64,000 nucleotides of DNA from Flectonema sp. DT1601 (lineage: Eukaryota): positions 1,364,001 to 1,428,000 of the forward strand of contig OZ025781.1 in assembly GCA_964019425.1 (NCBI GenBank). Reading direction: 5' to 3'. The notes under the pieces are model-generated. The model did no database searches. It had not been told where the DNA came from and saw nothing but the letters and a program-made list of their open reading frames with translations. The position numbers and the translations under genes were made by a program. Positions 33,401-43,808 of this stretch are shown here, in pieces. Within the stretch, counting starts at the first letter, position 1. Every line of letters begins with the position of its first letter.

Positions 33401-36317
33401 GCTGAGCGAGACAATATCGCTGTCGTTACCAACGGCTTCACAAAGCTTTACGGAATCGCTATCGATGACTCAAAGTGAAAGTGGAAGTTCATCAGAGACG
33501 ATTTCATTATCTCTACCGACTGCTTCAGTTTCTGAAAGTTTTACGTACTCTCAGTCTGAATCTGAAACGGATTCTTTAACGATTTCATTTTCACTACCAA
33601 CTGCTACCAGAACGTTTACAGAAAGTTTAACCTTTACGATTTCAATTTCAGACACGGAAACACTCACTGTTACAAAGACACCTTCGATTAGTACTTCATT
33701 GTCGGTGAGTTTATCAATGTCGGAATCTCATACATTTTCATTATCAAAATCTAAAAGTAATACACAAAGTGAAAGTGAGTCGATAAGCAAAACCAAAACA
33801 ATTAGTGTGACGAGATCTTTATCTCCGTCTTTGAGTGTAACGGAGTCGATGACGAAGACACTTTCATTAACAAAATCATTATCACTGTCTGAGTCAGTTG
33901 ATATTACCGTTAGCAAGACTAAAAGTTTAACAACTCTGTCGGGGTCTTTATCTGAGTCGGTGTCGATATCTGAAAGTTTATCACAAAGTCTTACGCTATC
34001 TATAAGTAGAAGTATAACGTGGACTGGGACAAGTCCAACAGTCACTGTCTCTTTGACATACGAAGCAACCGATACAATTACGTTGTCTCTACCGACTGGT
34101 AGCAGTACGTTTACACATTCACTTGCTAAGACTTTGTCAGATACGTTATCAGAAACTTTGACTTTGTCGAAGTCGGTAACGATGTCAACACTTTCAATAT
34201 CTGAATCAACGTCTCTTACTGCCACTGAAAGTTTGACTGAAACAGTGTCAGTTTCACTAACTGAAACAATCTCTAAATCGGAGACACTGTCTCTCAGCTT
34301 ATCACTTTCTGATACTTTGAGTGAGAGTATAACAATCTCTTTATCACTTCCTACTAGAACACAAACATTTACTCATACTTTAACTTATTCATTAACAGAT
34401 ACTATTTCATTGAGTGAGACTTTCTCACTCTCATTGTCAGATACATTGACGTTGAGTGAAACCATTTCTGAATCCATCACGAAATCGTTATCATTATCTC
34501 TTAGTATGTCTTTAACAGAGACGATTAGTGTTAGTCATAGTGTTACTTTAAGTGAAAGTGAGTCACTAACATATTCATTCACACTTACGGAAACATTAAC
34601 ATCATCTCTGAGTGTGAGTGAGTCGATTTCTATATCAGATACGTTGACTGAGAGTCTTTCTGTGAGTGAGTCAGTCTCTAGTAGTCTTACTGATACTGTG
34701 TCGTTTACTAAAACTGTCTCTTTATCTTTACCTACTGGTTCTGCTACAGATACGTATACTGTGTCATTTTCAGATACGATATCTCTGACAGAAACGGAGT
34801 CTTTGTCTGAGAGTATCACGTTTTCGTTATCTCTGCCAACGGGTTCGGCAACGGATTCTCAAACCTTCTCCTCGTCTGGCAGTAGTTCTTATTCAGTAAC
34901 GATGTCAATGAGTTTGCCAACTTCGTCAAAAACAACTACCTTTTCACTTACCGGGACATCGTCTTCAAGTTTAAGTTCATCAGATTCCATGAGCTTGTCG
35001 ATGTCTGGAAGTTCATCGTTCTCTGAAAGTTTGAGTCAAAGTAAAACACTTTCTCAAAGTAAATCAGAAAGTAATTCTTTGAGTACAACTGATTCAACAT
35101 CATTAACAGTTTCTCATTCTCTTAGTGAGTCACATTCACTAACTGAATCAGATACGTATTCTTTGAGTAAAACTATTTCACTTTCTCTATCATTACCAAC
35201 TCGGTCGAATACGTACTCGCAGACGATGTCGCTGACGGTGAGCGCGTCATTGCCGACTGCTTCAGCAACGATTTCATTTTCGCTACCAACAGATTCATCG
35301 ACTTTCAGTTACTCGCTTTCTCTACCAACGAAGACGGAAACTTTTACAAAGTCGATGTCACTACCAACTAGTTCTGATAGTTTTACATTCTCGCTATCTC
35401 TGCCGACTGGTTCGGAGACGTTTTCAAAATCGCTTAGTAAAAGTAAGTCGAAGTCTGGTAGTGTTTCCTTGTCGTTACCTTCAGGAACGATTTCTTTAAA
35501 GAGTTTAACAGCAAATACCATTACCTCATCTCACACTGATAGCATATCCGTCAGTAGCAGTGGTGAGACGAAGAGTATGACGATGAGTAAAAGTGGTTCC
35601 GAATCGCTTCCTTCTTTGACGATGTCGAAAACTGTTAGTAAAACAACAACAGCTAGCAAGTCAGAAACTGATACTTCCTCGCAATCCCCGTCAGATACCA
35701 TTTCTGAGTCGGAAACAACACAAACGGAATCTTCAACACTCAAGACTGACGGGACTACAACTTCTTCACCTTCCTTGACGATTACTGAGGGTCTGATTGA
35801 TCAGATTGCTGATGTAAACCTTCAGTGTGATCCTTCAGGGTTTCCTGTTAAGGATGGAAATATTTTATCAAATTCAGAAATCACTGCTGACGAATGGTTC
35901 ATTATGGAAGTTAGAGCATGTGTTCCTCCTTGTAACCCATCTTGTTCTGAATTAAAGACTGGTGATAAGATAGCGATCGTACCCTTACTCGGATCTGTCC
36001 TAAGACCTGTTCATAGTAGTCGGGTGACGTTGGGTGAGAGTTCGGATACTTCAGTATCAGTTAACGACTCGTTCTTATCATTTAAAATAGTGATCCCAGG
36101 ATTACCATCGGGAACGTATAAAATTATGTATTGGAGTCGTAATGAGAGATTTCATGAAGGACTTCATATTAATTTCGATGGAACCTACAAACTCATAACT
36201 CGAAAAGCTAACGGATGGAGACAACGAGGACAACTCAGTATTTCTTGCTCACAGAACTGCGCAACAAGAATACTACCTGACGGCTCATTGGGTAAAACAT
36301 GTCCAGTCGTGTGCTAA
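30492..36317 (+). CDS. 1941-aa Ser/Thr-rich secreted or surface protein with small Cys-containing C-terminal domain
   Basis: Hydrophobic N-terminal signal-like segment, ~1750 aa of alternating S/T-x pattern with recurrent SLSLPT motifs, globular C-terminal ~170 aa, no obvious C-terminal TM helix. Confidence 0.88.
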   Translation: MASNEVLSVVVVLVLIHCGGCVTSTVTISETVTLSIPTVTKSLSWSNSLSSSDSLTFSDTKTVSGTRSISSSDSLTFSNTKTISNSKSISESESDTYSLTKTISISKSDTFSLSETLSNSLTFSVSKSDSISLSETVSNSLTFSVSNSDTYSLSDTFSISKTFSDTQALSPSLSLSFSQTKTPSLTKSYSPSFSATLSTLTRSLTRSLSFSESESFSSSRTISPSLSWTGSWSDSLSFSKTRSATRSLTLSETRSKSNTRTLSLTHSMSDTGTTVTATSTYSPTKSRTFSSTFSKTLSESFSESDSLTDSVSGTISDTISKNTFSPSLTDSDSLSETGSVGTPSFSFSISESISETLTDSVSLTLSKNTKTISLSKATISSSESYTDSYSLTFSDSISVSKLTKTLSDTLSKTLSISKSESGETISFTESKSGSESYSGETSTDSYSDVGSVSVSLSESVSKMTKSKSLSKSHSISLSNSISLSDSLSYSDTYSRTPSISHSLSLSDSETVTASSEITVTSVSASLSVSETFTKSLSNTLSITDSSTQSDTLSDTFSDSESLTQSKTTSYSLSRSESETDSLTYTNTVSDSKSMTTSLSNSLTLSKTLSLSKSTTYSESDSETKTFTSPSLSMSPTEMPTPTASLSVYSQSETFSDYTDTMSLSLSSVTHSFSESETLSNTFTKSLSKSLSFSDSDSITGSKTLSITISKTPSQTGIPSSSITLSETISKSISDSLSLSDSYSLTDSFSKTISTSMSVSDSETLTDTVSISDSLSESGETVTISLTDSFSKTKSFSNSLSFSETDSVTFSLSDSLSFTESESLSDTISLSKTFSETISGKTITHSPSHTKTISDSETVTITISDTLSFTYSKTLSETLSRTFSKTLSETHSVTGTISKSLPETITVSITGSITDSISITETMSITESVSLSISDTASLTDSHTRTKTISLSLPTRTATWTETLTDSMTITLSETISLSLPTASQSFTESLSMTQSESGSSSETISLSLPTASVSESFTYSQSESETDSLTISFSLPTATRTFTESLTFTISISDTETLTVTKTPSISTSLSVSLSMSESHTFSLSKSKSNTQSESESISKTKTISVTRSLSPSLSVTESMTKTLSLTKSLSLSESVDITVSKTKSLTTLSGSLSESVSISESLSQSLTLSISRSITWTGTSPTVTVSLTYEATDTITLSLPTGSSTFTHSLAKTLSDTLSETLTLSKSVTMSTLSISESTSLTATESLTETVSVSLTETISKSETLSLSLSLSDTLSESITISLSLPTRTQTFTHTLTYSLTDTISLSETFSLSLSDTLTLSETISESITKSLSLSLSMSLTETISVSHSVTLSESESLTYSFTLTETLTSSLSVSESISISDTLTESLSVSESVSSSLTDTVSFTKTVSLSLPTGSATDTYTVSFSDTISLTETESLSESITFSLSLPTGSATDSQTFSSSGSSSYSVTMSMSLPTSSKTTTFSLTGTSSSSLSSSDSMSLSMSGSSSFSESLSQSKTLSQSKSESNSLSTTDSTSLTVSHSLSESHSLTESDTYSLSKTISLSLSLPTRSNTYSQTMSLTVSASLPTASATISFSLPTDSSTFSYSLSLPTKTETFTKSMSLPTSSDSFTFSLSLPTGSETFSKSLSKSKSKSGSVSLSLPSGTISLKSLTANTITSSHTDSISVSSSGETKSMTMSKSGSESLPSLTMSKTVSKTTTASKSETDTSSQSPSDTISESETTQTESSTLKTDGTTTSSPSLTITEGLIDQIADVNLQCDPSGFPVKDGNILSNSEITADEWFIMEVRACVPPCNPSCSELKTGDKIAIVPLLGSVLRPVHSSRVTLGESSDTSVSVNDSFLSFKIVIPGLPSGTYKIMYWSRNERFHEGLHINFDGTYKLITRKANGWRQRGQLSISCSQNCATRILPDGSLGKTCPVVC

Positions 36318-36564
36318 TTAGATTTCAGTAATTTCTATTACCGAACTACACTTAAAAACAGTTTAGTTTTTTTCGATGCAGTTTTTTTCGTCTATTTGTT
36401 AAGTTGTGTTTTCCGACTGCTCCAGAGCAGTAGTTTGACCTTTGCTTTGATTTCCTCATTTACACAAGTTTTGGTAGCATACGTTTTTTTGGTGAGTTGA
36501 AACATTTGCGGTGATTAGATTTGTTTATTACATTTGTTTTCAGAAATCACCACCACTAAATAAA

Positions 36565-38170
36565 ATGGACAGACTAGAAGAGCAACTAGTAGCTCTCATG
36601 AATGAAGATGAAGGTGGTTTTCGTGCTATGCCACCTCTGGTTCCGACATTTAATTCCGGTCCAACGACATTGTCAGCGAGCGCTCCAGCGTTTGTTCCAA
36701 AGCCGCATGTCGTTAGTATTATCCACCCAGTTACTTATGAAACACACACTATAAAGTGTGACCTCACGACGCTTACTGTTGGAGACCTTAGGTTGTTTGC
36801 AGCGCAGATGTTTAAATCGCAGTCAGATGATTTTAATTTATTACTTTCGAATCAATCAATCGCAAAAGACTCGGATGCTAAAGCTATCGATTTGGGATTC
36901 GCCAACGGATGCGTTCTCGTATTCCAACAGCAACAGCAGTCTCAAATGTCAGCAATGCAACACATGGTTAATTTAATGTTGTTAAATACAAACATTAATC
37001 AGTCACCTACTTCTGGATCTTCATCATCTGCCGATGGATACACGACACCTGGAAACTACACTCCAATGAAGTCTGGAAATCAGAGTCCAGGAACATTCTC
37101 GCCGCAGTTATTCACACCAGAAAAGAGCGAACCAATTCATGCAAAAGAGATAGACGAAAACTATGTTCACGTAATGAGTTTAGTGATGAAGGATTTCGTA
37201 AAGATGTCGAGAGGTATGGTTTTATTTATGTTTTTATTTACCATCTTATGTAGCTTCAATTTAAAAAAAACAACAACATAACAAACAAAAACCAGATCCG
37301 AGCGCTTCAAAACTTGTACTGTCCGTGATTGAAATGGCACACCCAGAACACTTCCTTCAACTCTTATACAAGGGTGTTGCTAATCTGATGGATTTGGTGC
37401 AGTCAAGTACTGGGGCTGATATTATTATGGCGTTGGTCGCCCTTCCACATGCTGATCACTCTGGGACGCTTGACGCACAGGGAATTCCTTTAATTATTGA
37501 GGCGATGATTCCTCATGTTAGAGAGCTTTCAAACATGCAGACTGGTAGAAAGTTAATTCAAAATGTTATTGTAAAATATGGTGAAGCACAGATCTTACCA
37601 CTGTACAGGGCTGTCTGTAGTCACATTGTACCAATCGCTATTGATCAGTGTGGTTGTATAACGGTTCAGAAAATGTACGATCATTGTGATTCACCATTGT
37701 TGGAAGAGATTCTTCAGGACACTATTTGTGAAAATGTCATGTACTTAATCTGTGAGGCATTTGGAAACTATGCAGTTCAGCATATCATTAAAACTCAAAA
37801 CAACAATGTGAGTGAAAAGATCGTAGCGTCTCTCAAGGGTGACATCACATCATGCGCAAGTAACAAGTATGGAAGTAATGTTTTAGAGTCGTTATTGAAG
37901 ATTGGAACTGACAATGCTAAGGCTGCTCTTATTCAGTTGATTTCACAGCCACAGTCTATTGAACTTTTAGTTAAAGACAGCTATGGTAATTACGTTGTGC
38001 AGACTGCGACGGAAACCGCACCAACTCAGCAGCAGTTTGATGAATTGAGAAGAGCTATTGAGCCAGTTATTTGCAGCTCACCATACAGCGTTCGTATTGA
38101 GGCCAAGCTTCAGAAAAGACTGAAGAGAGGGTTCCGTCCAGCCCTTGACCCTCTCGTCGAAATGTTCTAG
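36565..38170 (+). CDS. Pumilio/PUF RNA-binding protein with PAM2-like motif and ubiquitin-like domain; exons 36565..37213 and 37296..38170
   Basis: PUF repeats DQCGCITVQK, EAFGNYAVQH, NKYGSNVLE and DSYGNYVVQ; LSASAPAFVP (PAM2-like); intron GTATGG...ACCAG splices in frame. Confidence 0.9.
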
Positions 38171-39238
38171 TCTTACGGTGGACATTTCATTTACATTTAA
38201 AACCCTTTAAATTAAAGGTAAACGGCGTTATCTAGTTGGGTTTAATAACAACTTAAGCCTGCTAGCTTTGTCCACTTTTTTTTTTTTTTTTTTTTTCCTT
38301 TAACTCTCTACTCCCCTTTAATTTTTTTTCACCCCCCAATCTCCTTCGGTTCTCCTCCCTACCAGCCCAGTGTATCAGAAAAAAAAGAAAACGAAGTGAA
38401 TTAAGGGAAATTAAAAAAAAAAAGAATTTAAAAAAAAAAAAAAAAAAAAAAGAAAAAAAAGATACCTCCATGTGCGAGTCACACCAGACACTTGCCCTCG
38501 GGCGTAAGTCTTGAGATGATCTGCGATGGTTTGGTTTCTATTTTTTTTTTTTTTGAAAAAAAAAAAAAATCAAAAAAAAAAAAACAAAAAAAACTTTAAA
38601 AAAACATCAAAAAAAATCTAAAAAAAAAAAAAACAATAAAAAACAATAAAAAAAACTAAAACACACACAGTTAACCCCACTAGGGTAAAACTGTGTGTTT
38701 TCTGTCGCTGAGTTGCAATGCCTGACGAGCATCTTGGCATCCGCATGGTGCTGATTTCACCTGCGGTTGCCTCGATCGAGTAACATGTACATTGTACTTT
38801 AAAAAAAAAAAAAAAAAAATAACTGTAACCATTAAATAATATTTGTGTATTGGTAATGTTTACTCAGTGAATATGGAAAAAAAAAAAAAAAAAAAAAAAA
38901 AGATCTCATTCTGAGTTTTTTTTTTTTTATAAATATGCTGCTTTAGGGGAATACAAAATATAATAGGCGTTCAAGCCTTTCTAACGGTTGAGAGCTGAAG
39001 CAAATAAAGGCAGTTTTAATGCTGCTTGTTGCTTGTTGCTTGCTGATCCGCCCCACCTTGGTCTTAATGGTCCTGTACTTGTATCATTTATTTTATTTTA
39101 TTTATTTATTGGTTTTGAATAGTTTCCTTTAACTACTTTGCTTTATTATTTCATTTATTTTTTTTTTTCCCTTCACCTCAACAGCTCACAGTCCAATTAA
39201 GATACCCGTTGTTTTTCTCTTTTTTTGTGCCGCCTCTC

Positions 39239-39271
<33 letters not shown>

Positions 39272-41459
39272 TTCCTGTATCTAACATTTCAATGAAAGAA
39301 AAAAATAAATTTGAAAAAAAAAAAAAAAAAATTAAAATAATTAAGACAAAAACCAGCCTAATCAGGCCGGTTGAGACGTCAAACGTATTTTTTTTCTGTG
39401 TGCTCAGTATTTGCGCTGAGGGAAAAACTTTCGTTCTGAAGAAAAAAAAAAATATATATAATTCATATCTAGTGAGGTGTAAGCGGCTTCCCTATCCCCC
39501 ACGTACTTCCCCCCCCCGATATTTTTTTTTTGCTACTTTTTCCCTTTAAATTAATCATTTCAACGAGAACTAAAAAGTAATAAGTAAGACGCCATTTGAA
39601 CAGATTTCTAAGAGGGGTTTTGTGTGGAACTGCCCGTCTAAAATCGGTTTTCTGGTCAAGTGAGTCTTTGTACCTAGAGTCATTAACAAAAAACAAAAAA
39701 AAAAAACAAAAAAAAAAAAAAAAAAAAAAAACTCATTTTTCAAAAAAAAGTGAGAATATTTTAATAATATAATTGAGTCGTGCCTGTAAGCAGACACACA
39801 CTTTCCCTGTTTTTAAACAGGGATTGAAAGTGAATTAAGTTAAAAAAAAAATCGAATAATCGAAGTTTCTGCGAGAAAGGGTATGCATAGGGAACAAAAA
39901 AATAAGAAAAACAAAAAAAACAAAAAAAAAAAATTGAATTTAAAAAAAACAAGGCGTACGACCCTCTCGCACCCCTTCCCCTGCGCGAATAGCACAATGA
40001 TGTTATAAGAGGAAGAAAGAATAAAATAAAAAATATGCAATTTCCCCAGAGAACGTGCAGGTGAGTTTTTTTTTTTTAAAAGTCTTTTGTTCTGCAGCAC
40101 TACTGTTCCGTGTGGGTTATATTTCCGCACAGTAGAAAAAGGGAATGGGGAAAAAAAAAAAAAAAAAATTGAAAAAATTTAAAAAATGTGCTCTGCTTGC
40201 ATTAGTGTCTGTTTCTCTATCCTACACCGTGCATCAAATATTTGGTTTTTTATAAAAAATAAATTTTTAAGCGCAACGAAAAAAAAAAAAAAAAATAATA
40301 ACACTTTCAAGCGTCCCCACCTACAGTAGCATTTGCTGCTTTCTTCGGGACTGCTGTTTAGTGTCCATCTGAATCTGTTTCAGAAAAAATATTTAATTGG
40401 ATTTACCCAATTTTCCTTTCCCCACGCTCCATTTGGCTGTAATTTGACTTCCCTTCCCACTTCCCAATTTATTCTTAAGGAACTGTATGCTCATGGATTT
40501 CCCTTTTCACCTCCCGTCGTTTTATATTTTATTTATTTATTTACTTATTTTTCTTTTCAAAATCGTTAGCTGTATCTCTTTTTTGTCCCAATTTTTTTCC
40601 CTCTGCCCCATTTTTTAAAAAAAAAAATTAAAAAAAATTAAAAAAAAAAAAAAAACTTACAAAAAAAAAAACAAAAAAACAAAAAAAAAAAACTAATAAT
40701 TTAAAATAAAATAAAAGCGAAATAAGTGGCATCGCTCTTTCTAAAAAGAAAAAAAACAAAACAAATAAACAAATAAATAATAAACTCATGGCAACATCTG
40801 CAACCGCGACTACGTTCCAAAGAATTTATGTAGTTCGTAATAGCACTCTGCTGTCCTTGAGACACCTAAAAAACTTAAAGTAAAGTATCCTCTAAAAGTG
40901 AACGAATCATTGACTTTCATTATTTTTGTGTGTTATTGTAAGCAACTATTTGTGAAAAAGTCATGGATACCTAAAAGTTTTTTTTTTTTTTCTTTTTTCC
41001 CCTTTCTTTTTCTTCTCGTGGTCGTAGTGCGACGTGGTTGCATCGACATAAAAAAAAAAAAAACAATGCTATCCCGGGATTGAACTTGATAAATAATGGT
41101 GATAAGGCTGTACTAAAAAAAAAAACAAAAAAAAAAAAACAAAAAAAACAAGAGAACGAAAAACAAAACAAAACAAAAAAAACATTAATGCAGGAAAAAA
41201 AAAGGGAAGAAGAAGGAAAAAAAAAAAAAGAAAAGAAATAGCGCAGGTTACTTTATCAGGACTTAAACAACAACACCCACACTAGAACGTAAATCGCACA
41301 TATTAGACTATTGTGTACAATACGCAGTCTCTGGTGTCCAGACACCGATGCGCTGTCATGTGGAATACACCGTCAAGTCTTAACTTGAAACAGAGCTGCA
41401 ACAAACTGTACTAGAACACCTCGCCTGACGCAGTCTCAAGGCTGTTGAATTTCTTTTTT

Positions 41460-41490
<31 letters not shown>

Positions 41491-42692
41491 ATTCTCCCAC
41501 CTAACACTTTCTTTTTTTTTCTATTTATTTTCATGTTTTTAGTAGGCAGTTTGGCCCACACGAAAAAAAAAAATTGAAAATCATGTTTCAACCTGTGGAC
41601 AAACAAAAATATTCACCTTAAAAGTCCTTCACGCACACTGGCGTGATGCATTTTACGTCGTCTTGGTGTTATATATGAGCCTGCTCATTATTTTTTATAT
41701 TCCCCGATCCGATTATTTGTCCCTTTCTCTGGAAACAAACATGTCATTATTAATGTCTTCTTCCTGTGTCCGGCTTTCGGAAATATTTTCTAATTAAAGG
41801 GAACTGTGAAGTAAAGACGTGTCCCATGCTGCTCGTGGAGTTTCAATGACGCCGCAGGTAGCAGCTTTCGTTCCCCTTTCAATTTCGTTGCCGTACAGTT
41901 TTTCCTCTTCCGCTTCCGATTTTTTAATTTTAAAAAAAAATAATAATAATAAATTTTTTTTTTCTCCCGCTGTTTTGCGCTCTTAGCCCTTGGTGAAAAG
42001 AGGTTGGCGTTAAATTTAAAAGGAAGGTGGAGGGGAGGAAAGAAGTAAAAAATAAAATAAAATAAAAATAAATAAAAAAAAACAATAATTAGAAGCTGAT
42101 TTGGAAAAAAAAAAGGAAACCAAAAATTGCAAAGTGTTTTTTTGATGTTTTCAAAAACAAGAGAAAAAGGATGACGAAGATCTAAGTATTAATTTTTTTT
42201 ATCAGTATCTGTGACTACCGTTAAATAACTGAGACTTTTATTCTTCCGTAGAGGCGCTGACCTTCATTCGAATCGCGGGAAAAAAAAATAAAAAAAAAAA
42301 AAGAAAAAAAAAAAAAATAACAACAGGGAACTTTAAAAAGCTTTTCCTCCATTTCTTTTTTTTTTTTTTTTTCCCCCTTCTTTTTTTTGTGATAGGCGAA
42401 AGCGTCTTTTTTTCCTTTGTATTTTTTTTTTTTTAAAAACTTATTTTTATATATTGTCTGTCAAAACCTTAATTAGTAAGTAGCTCGCCAATTATGCTGC
42501 TCCTTGCAATAGGAGGGGCTCTAAGTTCTGTAGTTTTCCGTAAATTACTTCACACCTTTTCAGTATAACTTTCCCCGTTTTGTAGTCAGTGAGGTATCAA
42601 ACTGGTTTGCACGAGTGGCCTGTACTTCCGAATCTAACTTTCTCTGTGTGAGAAGCTCTTTTAGTTACGTAAGGAAGGCAATATTAATTTTG

Positions 42693-42724
<32 letters not shown>

Positions 42725-43808
42725 AAAACCGAATGGAACAGGATAGTGTGATCCTAGGTAGTTGTTCCTCAGCGGTTTACTAATTTTATAAAAGAAAAAA
42801 AAAGAAAAAAAAAAAAAAAAAAAAGGGGGTATTCAATAAAGAATAAGAACGAATGCCAATAATCTCCTCCAACCTGCTTGTATTGTATTGCAAAAAAAAA
42901 AAAAAAAAATCTCCAAGTGTCCTTTTTTTTTTTTTTTTTTTTTTTCATTTTTTTTTTTCCTCCCCAACTCATCTCTACTTTCTTATTATCTTTTGTTTTC
43001 ACTTTTCTTTTGGGAGCACTAACTTCGACATTTCGGTGTTGTGATTATCACATAGGGAGGAAAAATAAAAAAAGAGGGAAAAAAAATTATGCATCCGTTT
43101 TTTTTTTCTTTCTTGCTATTTTCTCTTCTTGCAAAAAATAGTAGTTGCCGGTTGTACCCTCCTGGTTACTAAGTTTTCGCAGCCGTCGGTGTTTTGTATT
43201 TGTGCTCCTGCTTTTGTTTATTCCCGCCTGCCCCACCTCCGCTTTTGTTTTTATCATTGTGCACAAGGCCTGGGATTGCAACTCGTGCCATGGCTTTATG
43301 CTATGTGGTTGGCATGTGAATGTTCCCAGTGTACTAACGGACCCATGATCCCGCATACGCACGCGTGTGGTGGTTGAAAAAAAAGTATGAGAAAAAGTGC
43401 AAACGAAGCGGGGGAAGCCGAAAAAAAAAAAAAAAAAGAATAAAAATTAAACAGAATAAAAAAAAAAAAAAAAAAAAAAACCGAAAGGCGAAAATTCCTG
43501 CGCACGTACAAATACCGGGACAGGTCTGGCAGGTAAGTGTTCAGCCCTCCCCAGATTGTGGCGTGCGGGTCAATTTCTTCCCACCTCACTCACTCACCCC
43601 CGGGACCCCATAATTAATGTCTGATGTTTCAGTTGGTCGGTAAGTACAACAAGTTTACCTTACCTCTTTATGTTTTCACAACAGTAACCTAAACCATGAT
43701 CGTCACTATTTCATCTGTTTCATTCATTACACGGAAAAAAAAACAAGTAGACACTTTTTTACCACCATTATTCAGGGGCAACTAATCCAAGCCCAAAACA
43801 CAATTAAA

